This document shows, piece by piece, positions 47,581 to 57,780 of a stretch of 64,000 nt of DNA (position 1 is the first letter of the stretch; the number at the start of each line of letters is the position of its first letter). Under the pieces are notes generated by a model. It did not search any database. It was not told the DNA's origin and saw nothing but the letters and a program-made list of their open reading frames with translations. The translations under genes and the position numbers were made by a program. Source of the DNA: a virus; the IMG/VR virus record IMGVR_UViG_3300030102_005172, positions 1-64,000 of that record, one strand, 5' to 3'.

Positions 47581-50097
47581 TTAAAATCCAAAAAATTCTG
47601 AAGCTTTATTTAGATTTGGGTTTGGTTTCTCCCAATCCATAGCTTTATAGAAGTCATCAAGTTTATTTTCTAACTCCTTTTCCCAAATTTTATCGTAGTC
47701 AATATATTGTTCTACGAGTTTTAAAATCTGAGGTGGGTCATTGTGTCCTTTTAGACCTGTTGCGTCTAATCCAAGAGGATTCTTTTTCAAATATACCCAC
47801 TTAATCTTATCACCATCTTTCATAGGTTCGTACTTATATGGTACTTTATAGAAAGCAAGTAATTGATTATATGTTATTGCCGCCTTGACATGAGCAGGTG
47901 ACCCCTTTTGGAATTCACCCAATACTTGAGTCTTTGTTGTATACTTACTCATACCTTTGACCGCTGAGTTCTTTGCGATGTCAATGAATGGTCTATCTTC
48001 CATACCTTTTTTGTAATCAAGAATCTTAGTATCAATTTCTTTTTTATCAACTGACCTTAGAATATCTAACAAAACAGTTTTCATAACTTCTTTGAAGTAA
48101 GTTGGGAATGAACTTCTTTTAACATCCAATCCTTTTACATCTAACTTGTCACAATCAACTTCGTTATCATTGATAATCCATTGTGCATATCTTTTCTTTG
48201 AAACCCAAAATCCACCTTTTGCAATTGTTTCTTGTTTAATATCAAATTTATGTGTATCGATGTTAAATAACTTTTTTGCCATCGTATCGTAAACCTTGTT
48301 GATATGAGTTTCTACTTCTTTTGCTGCGGATAGAATCGCAGGAATCATTTCTTCATCCGAATCCTCATTGAGTTCAGGATTACGAGATTTTACTAACGGA
48401 GCGGCCTGATAAAAAACAGAATCAGTATCGGTATAAACATTGTAGTCATCTTCTTTTCCTATTACTTTTGAATAATATTGATTTGCAATCAACTCTGTTG
48501 TTTTAATTACAGTTTGACCTGTAATCGTAGTTGCTTCAGCATTATCAACATCATAAAATCTGAATGATGGTAATCCTAAAACTCCGTATAACGAGTTTAA
48601 CATAATCTTTTGTACCAATTGTCTTTTACCATAAAACTTGTATTGTTCATCATTACCTTCTTTACCATACTTTTTCATCAAGTTTTTGTATTCAACTCTT
48701 TTGTCGAACCAAACACTTAATATTTCAGGTATAACTCCAACTTTATCAGTTCTATATAAAACACCATTTGCGGCAACAGAGTATTTGTTTTTTTCAATAA
48801 ACTTTAGAAACTTTTCTTTAGGTAAAGGTGGAAATTCATTACCATCATCATCTATAATTGAATAAGTTTCAAGGTTACCTTTCATATGTTGTTCTGCAGA
48901 GTAACCTTTTAGTTTACCAATCTTAGTCTCAGGTGATATATTGATACTCATAATGATAGATGGATACAGAGAAGTCAAGTCCAAGTCATAAACCCATTTG
49001 TAAAGACCAGGTTTAGGTTCTTTTACATAAGCGCCTGTAAATTTACCTTCACCATCAGAACCATCTTCATTTCTTGGTTTTCTTCTTGGTTTGTTGGGTG
49101 CTACCCTACCACTTCTTCTAAGGAATGTTAATATTGCGCCTTCTAACCATTTTGATGAGAACAAAAAGTCTTCATAGAATACATGACCTGTATGACATAT
49201 TGCCCTTGCCAAGTCAATAAACTGAAGTTTTTTATCCAAGTCCACAACTAATTCAACATCAACTAAGTTATACTCAATAAACTTCTCTATATCATCTCTA
49301 AATAATTGGTCCAAGTTACCTTCATATTCAATCTTACCCCTACCTAACTCAATACTTGCTACTGTATCTAATCGGTAATTAGGTAACTCTGTAAAGTTGT
49401 AACACTTGTAAAGTGCTAGGTAATCTAATGCCGATACTCCTGCAATAATATATCTGTTTCTGTATTTGTTATATGTTACTTTACCAATCGGTGATAATTG
49501 ATTTGCATATTGTTGACCAAATAATAGTTTATATCTATTGTAAAGATATGTAACATCAAAGAAATCAATATTCCAACCTGTTACAATAGTTGGATTTATT
49601 TCTCTCCATTTAGACATAAATGCTGATAGTAGACCTTCTTCAGTATCAAATGACTCTACTTTAGCTCCTTTGATTATCTTATCAATCTTTTCACCTTTGT
49701 TAACTACATAGACAAAATAGTCATTTGTAATTGAGTCGTGTGCTGCGATTGAAGTAATTGCGTTACTTGCAGTTTCAATATCAGGCAATCCACTATTCAT
49801 TTCAACCTCAATATCGAATGTTAGAATTGTATGTCCTGTTGATAGTTCATCCGAATCACCATACTCATCAATTAAGAAACGAGTCATTTCATTTACATCT
49901 GATTCATATAATTGTAAATCATCATCTGCTTTCCAAAAGTTTAGTTTCTTAAGTCTTTCACCATGAATGGATTGGTGTGCTCCGTTTCCATCTCTTACAT
50001 AAGCATATCTACGATACTTGGATGTAAAGTAACCTTTTTGGTCATCCCAACAATGGATGATAGACTTTTCTTTTTCGAAGAATACATTTTGATACAT
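47581..50097 (-). CDS. family B DNA polymerase
   Basis: FDIE, GWNIDFFD, YN..D, DLTSLYPS, K..LNSLYG, YTDTDS, KKRY. Confidence 0.97.
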   Translation of the reverse strand: MYQNVFFEKEKSIIHCWDDQKGYFTSKYRRYAYVRDGNGAHQSIHGERLKKLNFWKADDDLQLYESDVNEMTRFLIDEYGDSDELSTGHTILTFDIEVEMNSGLPDIETASNAITSIAAHDSITNDYFVYVVNKGEKIDKIIKGAKVESFDTEEGLLSAFMSKWREINPTIVTGWNIDFFDVTYLYNRYKLLFGQQYANQLSPIGKVTYNKYRNRYIIAGVSALDYLALYKCYNFTELPNYRLDTVASIELGRGKIEYEGNLDQLFRDDIEKFIEYNLVDVELVVDLDKKLQFIDLARAICHTGHVFYEDFLFSSKWLEGAILTFLRRSGRVAPNKPRRKPRNEDGSDGEGKFTGAYVKEPKPGLYKWVYDLDLTSLYPSIIMSINISPETKIGKLKGYSAEQHMKGNLETYSIIDDDGNEFPPLPKEKFLKFIEKNKYSVAANGVLYRTDKVGVIPEILSVWFDKRVEYKNLMKKYGKEGNDEQYKFYGKRQLVQKIMLNSLYGVLGLPSFRFYDVDNAEATTITGQTVIKTTELIANQYYSKVIGKEDDYNVYTDTDSVFYQAAPLVKSRNPELNEDSDEEMIPAILSAAKEVETHINKVYDTMAKKLFNIDTHKFDIKQETIAKGGFWVSKKRYAQWIINDNEVDCDKLDVKGLDVKRSSFPTYFKEVMKTVLLDILRSVDKKEIDTKILDYKKGMEDRPFIDIAKNSAVKGMSKYTTKTQVLGEFQKGSPAHVKAAITYNQLLAFYKVPYKYEPMKDGDKIKWVYLKKNPLGLDATGLKGHNDPPQILKLVEQYIDYDKIWEKELENKLDDFYKAMDWEKPNPNLNKASEFFGF

Positions 50098-50125
50098 AAG
50101 TTAAATATACAAAAATTTTATGACA

Positions 50126-50914
50126 TTACCAAAAACTAACTGCGTTTTCTGGTGAATATGTTTCATGTTTTTCAATAGGTGGTAAAAACTCCTCGGGGTC
50201 TTTTGGATACGGACTCGTTTTATGTTTTAACATCTTACTAAGTTTTCGTTTCTCAGATTTATTTTGACCTAAGATTTGAATGTACCTATGTTTAGGCGCC
50301 TCTTTCTTTCGCCAAAAACAAGATTTGTTTTGTTTACCTATTTCTTTTTTTAAGTGTTCTACATTATGTGAACCCCATTTAGAAAATACAGTCCTTGAAT
50401 GAATCCAATCATAAGGACTATCACTAAGTGATACTGAATAGTTTGGCATTAGTTGTATATCACGACAATCTTGATATAACCAATTAGTTGCTTGGTAAAT
50501 TCCACCGAGGTGTAATTGTTCAGGGTCTGCGTAACTCAACAACATCTTAATTTTTGGTGCATTATCTCTCATCCATTTAAAAGACTGACCCATTGCGTAT
50601 GATTCTATATTTGAACCATATCCATCATGGATAAACAATCTTGTCAACTCCAAACACTCGTCTTTATCTAAACCATCAATTACAGACTTAATCGCTGAAC
50701 GACCTACGGGATATCCGTATACCAAGCAACCAATTAGTTTTTCACTACCAAAGAATCCATCATCACCATTGTAATATACACCGAGTGCATATCTACACAT
50801 AGTCCACGCATGAGAGTAGTGATACTTTACAATCATTTGTTTAGCTACACTTTTATTGATTTCTCTAATAGAAACCTTTGATGTGTCTACATAATGTTTA
50901 TTAGGTTCTTTCAA
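50126..50914 (-). CDS. Mom-family (GNAT-fold) DNA-modification protein, paralog 1
   Basis: I.K.HYS, LIG...YG.P, ELTRL, N.ES, SYAD....H.G.IYQATNW.Y, PKHRY. Confidence 0.8.
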   Translation of the reverse strand: MKEPNKHYVDTSKVSIREINKSVAKQMIVKYHYSHAWTMCRYALGVYYNGDDGFFGSEKLIGCLVYGYPVGRSAIKSVIDGLDKDECLELTRLFIHDGYGSNIESYAMGQSFKWMRDNAPKIKMLLSYADPEQLHLGGIYQATNWLYQDCRDIQLMPNYSVSLSDSPYDWIHSRTVFSKWGSHNVEHLKKEIGKQNKSCFWRKKEAPKHRYIQILGQNKSEKRKLSKMLKHKTSPYPKDPEEFLPPIEKHETYSPENAVSFW

Positions 50915-51653
50915 TTGGTTCTAATTTTTTTATTTCTTCTTCAAATAACTCACCCTGTTTAGGATATGGTAGTGAAGGATATTTCAAACTCTTTAATATA
51001 CGACTTTTTTTTGACTTATCCAAAATATAAATGTATCTATGTTTTCTTGGTTCTTTTTTAATCCAAAAAGTTTTACCAATTACCTTTTGTATTTTCGTTG
51101 GGTTGTTAGTTCCATAATATGGAAATATTGTTCTACCATGTTGCCATTCACCATTTTCCTCAAACTTAAATAACCAACTATCGTTTGGTCTTATTCTGTT
51201 TCCTTGATATATCCAATTTGTAGATTGATAAACAGTTCCTAAGTGACCTGCTTTTGGGTCTGAGTATGATATCAGTCCTATAATGTGTCTTGCGTGTTTT
51301 CTTAACCACTTAAATGTTTGTCCTACAAACCAACTTTCAACATTACATCCATATCCATCAAATACAAATAATCTCGTTAGTTCTAATACTTGTTTTCTGT
51401 CTAATAACTCTGATATTGATTGACCAGAGTGTCTTCCGATTGGGTCACCATATGTTGCAACACCGATTAATTTATCTGTTGATGAAAAGAAAGAGTGTGA
51501 ATCATCCTCAACATACAATCCCAAACAGTAACTAACTTTAGTCCATATACCACTATAATGGTTCTTTATGATAATGTCTTTTGCTACTGATTTTGAGATA
51601 GGTCTTACGGATAACTTTGAAATATCTGTATACTCTTTCCCTTTAATTTTCAT
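50901..51653 (-). CDS. Mom-family (GNAT-fold) DNA-modification protein, paralog 2
   Basis: IKNHYS, ELTRL, NVES, SYSD..GH.GTVYQSTNWIY, RKHRY. Confidence 0.8.
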   Translation of the reverse strand: MKIKGKEYTDISKLSVRPISKSVAKDIIIKNHYSGIWTKVSYCLGLYVEDDSHSFFSSTDKLIGVATYGDPIGRHSGQSISELLDRKQVLELTRLFVFDGYGCNVESWFVGQTFKWLRKHARHIIGLISYSDPKAGHLGTVYQSTNWIYQGNRIRPNDSWLFKFEENGEWQHGRTIFPYYGTNNPTKIQKVIGKTFWIKKEPRKHRYIYILDKSKKSRILKSLKYPSLPYPKQGELFEEEIKKLEPIERT

Positions 51654-51853
51654 TGATAATCGTTAAATTCACCGAACAACAAATGTTTCCAAGTTTCACC
51701 TCTAACTATTTTTCTTATGTTAGCAGGTGATACTCCGTTGTTTCTTGCCAATACTCTAATGTTACGATGTCCAACAGACCACAACTTACGAATCGACCTT
51801 ACTTGTCTTTCTGTTAATTTATGTTGTGGATGTAATTCACCTCTTAATGCCAT
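51650..51853 (-). CDS. stand-alone HTH (HNH-associated C-terminal DNA-binding domain type)
   Basis: RGE.HP..KLTE.QV..IR ... LAR..GVS...I..I.RG.TWKH; promoter at 51868-51899. Confidence 0.7.
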   Translation of the reverse strand: MALRGELHPQHKLTERQVRSIRKLWSVGHRNIRVLARNNGVSPANIRKIVRGETWKHLLFGEFNDYQ

Positions 51854-51886
51854 TCTAAACCTTTTCACTAATATACGAAATTTTTA

Positions 51887-52444
51887 TTAATTTTCCAAAA
51901 ATAAATCACCAACTTCTAAACCAGATGGTACTTTATCCCATAAATTTATTGCGATTGCTCGTCTTGTTCCACGAGTAACCTTAGTAACTCTATGAGGATG
52001 GGCGCCTGCAGGAAATATAACCAACCTATTATACTTTGGTTCTAATCTTTCAGGTTCACCATCTTGTCCATGTGGATAGATTTCAAGGTAACCACCATCA
52101 ATATCATTTTCCCATGGATAAAAAACAGTACCTATTACAGGTGTAACTATTTCTTTTGTTTGATTATACCAATACTCATCTTTATCAAAGTGAAATGGTA
52201 GTTCATCTCTTTCCTCGGTTGATGAGTAAACACCTGTCCAATATTCAAACCCTGAAACACTTACAGATGGATATGGGCAGTTTTCACCCCAAATATATTG
52301 TATCAACCTTTTTTTAATTGTATTTGCAGGTGAGTTCCACCAACCATCCCACCACATATAACCTTTAGTATCAAAGAATGTCGTGTCATTCTTTAGGTCA
52401 TTTAATAGTTCTTGGTCTTTTATGAAATCATCTATTACAATCAT
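51887..52444 (-). CDS. 2OG-Fe(II) oxygenase (prolyl-4-hydroxylase-like)
   Basis: H.DKDE, GG.L, PKYNRLVIF...H.V, R.A.AIN.W. Confidence 0.85.
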   Translation of the reverse strand: MIVIDDFIKDQELLNDLKNDTTFFDTKGYMWWDGWWNSPANTIKKRLIQYIWGENCPYPSVSVSGFEYWTGVYSSTEERDELPFHFDKDEYWYNQTKEIVTPVIGTVFYPWENDIDGGYLEIYPHGQDGEPERLEPKYNRLVIFPAGAHPHRVTKVTRGTRRAIAINLWDKVPSGLEVGDLFLEN

Positions 52445-53532
52445 AATTCTTCTACTTTCTTAAGTGCCGATGCGATTACTTGGTGCATATCATAATATTT
52501 GTATTCTGCTAATCTACCACCAAATATGACTTTGTCTTGACTATCGGCTAATTTTTTATACTTTTTATATATCTCATTATTAGTTTTATCATTTACAGGA
52601 TAATATGGTTCTACTCCCCTTTCATAAGGTTGTGGGTATTCCCAACTAACATAAGTTCCTTGTTGATTTTGATTATCAAAATGTTTGTGCTCTATAACTC
52701 TTGTATATGGTGTTTCTGAGTCCGTATAGTTCATTAATGCACACCCTTGATAATTATCTTTTGATTTATACATCTTACTCATCCAATGTAAAGATTTGTA
52801 TTCCAAATCACCATACTTGTAGTCAAAATACAAATCAATCGGACCTGTATAAATTACTTTATCACCTAACCCATCCCAAAAGTCTTTTTTGTCAAAATAA
52901 TCTGTATTTGTAAATACTTCAATACCTTGTAACAATCTTTCAAATATCTGAGTGTATCCACCAATTGGTATTCCTTGATACTTGTCATTAAAATAGTTGT
53001 TATTGTAAGTAAATCTAACAGGCAATCTTTTGATAATTGACTTTGGTAACAACTTAGCTGGCTTCATCCATTGTTTTTGAGTATAACCTTTTATTAACTT
53101 TTCGTAAATGTCTTTACCGACAAGAGCTTGTGCTTGTTCTTCTAAGTTAGTAGGATTACCTTCAAACTTCTGTGATTCAATTCTTTCTTTTGCACCTTCG
53201 GGAGTTCTAACACCCCACATTTTATTAAATGTATACATATTGAAAGGTAATGGATATATCTCACCTTTATAGTTTGCAACTATATTAAGTTGAAACTGAT
53301 GAAAGTCTACAAACTGATTTATCCAATGCCAAATCTTTTCATTATTTGTATGAAATATGTGTGGTCCATATTTGTGTACATGAATACCTTCTATTTCTTC
53401 AGTATAACAATTACCACCAATGTGGTCTCGTTTTTCAATAACACAAACCTTTTTACCTTTTTCTTTGAGTTCGTATGCACATACTGCGCCAAAGAAACCT
53501 GAACCAACTATTACATAATCATACTTACTCAT
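52441..53532 (-). CDS. glf: UDP-galactopyranose mutase
   Basis: GSGFFG, HIGGNCY, HKYGPHIFHT, YFNDKYQGIP, GRLAEYKYYDMHQ. Confidence 0.95.
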   Translation of the reverse strand: MSKYDYVIVGSGFFGAVCAYELKEKGKKVCVIEKRDHIGGNCYTEEIEGIHVHKYGPHIFHTNNEKIWHWINQFVDFHQFQLNIVANYKGEIYPLPFNMYTFNKMWGVRTPEGAKERIESQKFEGNPTNLEEQAQALVGKDIYEKLIKGYTQKQWMKPAKLLPKSIIKRLPVRFTYNNNYFNDKYQGIPIGGYTQIFERLLQGIEVFTNTDYFDKKDFWDGLGDKVIYTGPIDLYFDYKYGDLEYKSLHWMSKMYKSKDNYQGCALMNYTDSETPYTRVIEHKHFDNQNQQGTYVSWEYPQPYERGVEPYYPVNDKTNNEIYKKYKKLADSQDKVIFGGRLAEYKYYDMHQVIASALKKVEEL

Positions 53533-54663
53533 TTATAGTCTATTATTATTTAGTGCCTCTGAATGTAATTCTTTTGGATAAGAACTTGTGTCGTAGTACG
53601 CATCATCTTCAATTAAAAACTGAAATCTTGGGAATGGGTTTTTTCTTTTTACATCTATTAACATTCGTGTACATTGTAACATTTTATGATAATGTTTTCT
53701 GTCTTTATGTATTTCTGCTAATCTAAGATAAGACTCATTTCTAGCTGAACAGAATTCTACACTTTTATAGTACCATTCTATTGCTTTATCTATTTCACCA
53801 ATTAGTTTATATGCTCCTGCGATTCCAAAACAACACCAATAACAAAACTCATCGTTTTTATTGTCAATATAACCTTGTGTTTTGTAAAAGGGATTTATTT
53901 GATAAATGTATTGTTTAAAGTAAAATATACATCTTCTAACATATTCCTTTCGGTGGTCTTCACCAAATGGAAACTCATCTCTAAGAGTATCATAGTAAGA
54001 CTTTGCTATGTAAAATAAATGGTATCTATCCTCTAATACTTTTTTATTAGGTATTGTATCGAGTTCTAAGTTTAGTGCGTCTTTTAAAAACTTCATAGGT
54101 GACATCCATGTTTGACCATCATTAGTTAAAATATGTCTGAACTTACTATCTAATGATTCTCTTTGAAATCCTTCACCAATATCATCTCTATCTAAATAGA
54201 TTGTTTCGTGTGCTTTTTCAGGATAAAATCTCCAAGGTTCTTTTGCGTTCCAAATCCAAGTTCTGAAATATTTTATACCAGGTCCTTGACATGGTACATT
54301 CCAACTTTGTACTGAGGTGTCATTAAATACTGACCAATCGAAGTCATCATCAACTTGTAATACTTCATCTGCGTCAACTCTTAGAATCCAATCACATCCA
54401 TGGTCTGCCTCTAACGCAGTTCTTACACAATGGTCTCGATTTATACCATGTCCCTTCCACCAATCTAATTGATATAAGAAACCAGGTATTCCCTTTTCGT
54501 TAAAAAAGTTTTTAATTATGTCTTGAGTTCCATCAGTTGAACCATTGTCTTGAATAACCCAATAATCAATGTATGGATATACACTTTCCAACATTCTCTC
54601 AATAACATGAGATTCATTATTAACCATTGTGTTAAAACAAAACTTTGCAGTTGTGTTTTTCAT
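53533..54663 (-). CDS. GT2 glycosyltransferase with TPR-like C-terminus
   Basis: V.NE...I.R, DNGSTDGT, VDADE, AHE; helical TPR-like tail. Confidence 0.85.
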   Translation of the reverse strand: MKNTTAKFCFNTMVNNESHVIERMLESVYPYIDYWVIQDNGSTDGTQDIIKNFFNEKGIPGFLYQLDWWKGHGINRDHCVRTALEADHGCDWILRVDADEVLQVDDDFDWSVFNDTSVQSWNVPCQGPGIKYFRTWIWNAKEPWRFYPEKAHETIYLDRDDIGEGFQRESLDSKFRHILTNDGQTWMSPMKFLKDALNLELDTIPNKKVLEDRYHLFYIAKSYYDTLRDEFPFGEDHRKEYVRRCIFYFKQYIYQINPFYKTQGYIDNKNDEFCYWCCFGIAGAYKLIGEIDKAIEWYYKSVEFCSARNESYLRLAEIHKDRKHYHKMLQCTRMLIDVKRKNPFPRFQFLIEDDAYYDTSSYPKELHSEALNNNRL

Positions 54664-54679
54664 AACTAATTTCTAATTT

Positions 54680-54916
54680 TTAAGCAGATAAATACTCATT
54701 AAGATTTTTAACACCAATGTGTCTTTTAACTTCTTGTCCACCTTCCAATAATACTACTGTTGGTACACTTCTGATTCCGTACTTCTGTGCGAAGTCTGGT
54801 TGTTCATCTACATTTATTTTATTTACAGGAATAGTGTTACTCACTTGTTCCATTACGGGACTCAACATCTTACATGGACTACACCATGGTGCTGAAAAAT
54901 ACAAATATTCTTTCAT
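54680..54916 (-). CDS. trxA: thioredoxin
   Basis: WCSPC, YGIRSVPT. Confidence 0.92.
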   Translation of the reverse strand: MKEYLYFSAPWCSPCKMLSPVMEQVSNTIPVNKINVDEQPDFAQKYGIRSVPTVVLLEGGQEVKRHIGVKNLNEYLSA

Positions 54917-54930
54917 TTTATTTACCTATC

Positions 54931-56715
54931 TTAACCATCGCAGGATACACAATCAGGGTCCAATGCTCGTGCTGCGATATCACCACGAAGGACGGACTCT
55001 GTTCTCATATAATATAAAGTTTTAATCCCTTGTTTCCATGATTCCATAGTGACTTGATTAATCCACTTTGGACTTGCTTCAGATGGAAACGCCAGATTCA
55101 ACGAAACTGATTGGTCAATATATTGTTGTCTAACGCCTGCTTGTCTAATTAATTCTAACTGATTAATTTCTTTGAAAGTCTTAAATACATCTTTGACCCA
55201 AAACACTTGGTCTTTATCAAATGCCTCTTGAGGAATGTCTTCTCTTTTTAAGAGTTTTCCATCTACATATCCCCAATCATCCAATTCTTTTATATCTTGA
55301 ACCGAACCACCATCTTCTAAAACTTTATCCCAAGTTGCCTTTTTATTTATACCCACTTTTCTAAATACCTTTTCTAACTCAAGGTTTTTACGGATGAATG
55401 TTCCCTTTGCCGTTTGTTCCGTAAATACATTGGAAGGCCAAGGTTCTATTCCTGCGGATACATTACCACTTAATTTAGAATTAGAAACAGTAGGAGCAAT
55501 TGCTCTTAAATGTGTGTTTCTAAATCCACTATCTTTACACCATAATGGTTCACCATACTCGGTAGCTAAATCTCTACTTGCTCTTTCTGATTCTATCTTT
55601 AGTTGGGAAAAAATCTTACGAGTTTCAAATTGAGCAGGTAATCCTTCAAATGAAATACCTTTTCTTTGTAAGTAAGTATGCCATCCAAGAACACCTAATC
55701 CTAATGCTCTACCTTTTTCTGCTGAACGAACTGCGTTTTCAAAACCTCTCATGTTTTTTGCTTTCTGTAAAAACTCTGAAAGGACACCATCTAAGAAATA
55801 GATTGATGTATAAATTAAATCTGTATCTTTCCACTCATCATACTTTGCTAAGTTGAGTGAGGATAAACAACAAACAAAACTATGTGACTCATCCGTATGT
55901 AGTACAATCTCAGAACAAATATTTGTCATAAAGACTTTTAGTCCGTTTGCTTTATACATTTCAGGATTTGCTTTGTTTACATTACCCTTAAACATTATAT
56001 AAGGTTCACCTGTAGCTTTTCTCTTTTGAAGTACTTTACCCCATCTTCTTCTTGCTTCAGGTACACCATCTTCTAATTTTCTCATGAACTTATCACCAAC
56101 AACAATACATTGATGTAGATTCATACATTGTCTGTTTACATCACCTTTAGGTTCTCTAATTTCAATCCACTCATCAAAATCTTCGTGTTCGATGTTTAGA
56201 TTTACAGATGCCGCACCTCTTCTGACTGCACCTTGATTTGTTGCAAGGATTGTAGAATCGTAAATCTTACAAAATGGTACAACACCATCTGATGTTCCGT
56301 TTTGTGTAATATTAGAACCTGCAGGTCTAATCTGATTTACACCGATACCAACACCACCACCATGTTTTGCAAGTAACATCATTTCTAAGTTTTTAGTACC
56401 AATTTCGTAGATACTATCACCTACATCAATACCAAAACAACTAATTGGTAATCCTCTATCGGTGCCAGTATTAGAAAGTACAGGAGAGGCTAGATTTAAC
56501 CAACCTTTCCAAATATAATCAAAAAACTTCGAAGCAAGTTGAGGTTTGTTTAGTCTTCTTGCGACTGCCGTTGATACTCTCCAATATGCGTCTTTGGGTT
56601 TTTCGCCAGGAAGTAAATAACCATTTGATATTGTTTTTACATAGATTTCGGTGTTTGCCCAAACGGGAAAATCCACACCAACTTCCCAACCTAAATTTTC
56701 TGCGTGATTTTTCAT
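54931..56715 (-). CDS. nrdA: class Ia ribonucleotide reductase alpha subunit
   Basis: PISC, GGGVG, TNICSEI, APT.S.S, DQS.S.N, KTLYY, C-terminal CVSC. Confidence 0.95.
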   Translation of the reverse strand: MKNHAENLGWEVGVDFPVWANTEIYVKTISNGYLLPGEKPKDAYWRVSTAVARRLNKPQLASKFFDYIWKGWLNLASPVLSNTGTDRGLPISCFGIDVGDSIYEIGTKNLEMMLLAKHGGGVGIGVNQIRPAGSNITQNGTSDGVVPFCKIYDSTILATNQGAVRRGAASVNLNIEHEDFDEWIEIREPKGDVNRQCMNLHQCIVVGDKFMRKLEDGVPEARRRWGKVLQKRKATGEPYIMFKGNVNKANPEMYKANGLKVFMTNICSEIVLHTDESHSFVCCLSSLNLAKYDEWKDTDLIYTSIYFLDGVLSEFLQKAKNMRGFENAVRSAEKGRALGLGVLGWHTYLQRKGISFEGLPAQFETRKIFSQLKIESERASRDLATEYGEPLWCKDSGFRNTHLRAIAPTVSNSKLSGNVSAGIEPWPSNVFTEQTAKGTFIRKNLELEKVFRKVGINKKATWDKVLEDGGSVQDIKELDDWGYVDGKLLKREDIPQEAFDKDQVFWVKDVFKTFKEINQLELIRQAGVRQQYIDQSVSLNLAFPSEASPKWINQVTMESWKQGIKTLYYMRTESVLRGDIAARALDPDCVSCDG

Positions 56716-56727
56716 AACTAATTTTTC

Positions 56728-57720
56728 TTAAAATATGTCGTCCCAATCTTCACCTTCATTTGCCTTACTATAATCAGTAGGTCTGATAGCGAAGAAGTCC
56801 GTATGTGTTTGTCCACCTGTTAAGTGGTAGAACCAATCTAAATTACCTGCTTTTTCATCATCAAAGTCAAAGATAGCATTATATCCTAACTCTTTTAATT
56901 TAGAATTTGTTCTTGATTTAATAAACTCTTTTAAATCATCTGCCTTTAAATTTTCTAAATCACCCATCTCAAACATCTTATCAATGTACTTCAACTCAAG
57001 TTCTACAATTAATTTTGCAGCCTCTTCGATTGAGTCTTTACATTGGTCTAATAATTCAGGGTATTCTTCACACATATGTCTAAATAATTGACAACCCATC
57101 TTAGAATGTAAAGATTCATCTCTTACACTCCATTTCATTTGCTGGCCAATACCTTTTAACTTATTTCTCATTTGAAATGAATAAAGTACTGCGAATGATG
57201 AATATAACGCCACACCTTCTGTAAATGCTGAGAATATAGCGAGTGATTTTCCTACTTCTTTTCTTGCGTCTGCATTATCTTTAAGGTCTTCCCAAGTGTA
57301 TCTATTTGTTATACTTGCAAGATTCTCAAATCTTTCTGCGGTTGCTGGTTCGTGTAGGAATGCTTCAAAGTCTTCTAATCCAAGAGACTCGTTTAAATAT
57401 GAATATGCGGTTGCGTGAATGGTTTCTTGTGAACCAAACATCATTGCCATTTGTTTTATTTCATGTTTTGGAAACCACTCTGTCACCCAACCTGTCCAAT
57501 AATCTGATACTGCACATTCGGTTTGTGCGAATCCAAGTAAGATATTACCGACTAAATTTTTTTCTTCTGGTGTAAGATGTTCGTTCCAATCTTTTATATC
57601 ACCTTGCATTGGTATTTCTGTATGTAACCAAAATGCTTGTGCTTGTTTTAACCAACCTTCTGTATAGTACTCAGGGTACTCAAAAGGTTTAAACGGAATA
57701 CGATTATCAAATAATCCCAT
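56728..57720 (-). CDS. nrdB: class Ia ribonucleotide reductase beta subunit
   Basis: FWLHTE, ETIHA..YS, EGV..YSSF, RDESLH, DFF....TDY. Confidence 0.95.
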   Translation of the reverse strand: MGLFDNRIPFKPFEYPEYYTEGWLKQAQAFWLHTEIPMQGDIKDWNEHLTPEEKNLVGNILLGFAQTECAVSDYWTGWVTEWFPKHEIKQMAMMFGSQETIHATAYSYLNESLGLEDFEAFLHEPATAERFENLASITNRYTWEDLKDNADARKEVGKSLAIFSAFTEGVALYSSFAVLYSFQMRNKLKGIGQQMKWSVRDESLHSKMGCQLFRHMCEEYPELLDQCKDSIEEAAKLIVELELKYIDKMFEMGDLENLKADDLKEFIKSRTNSKLKELGYNAIFDFDDEKAGNLDWFYHLTGGQTHTDFFAIRPTDYSKANEGEDWDDIF

Positions 57721-57780
57721 AGTAATTTTATAGATTTTAAATTAAACTTTTATGTTATAGTCGGTGATAATATATATGAT

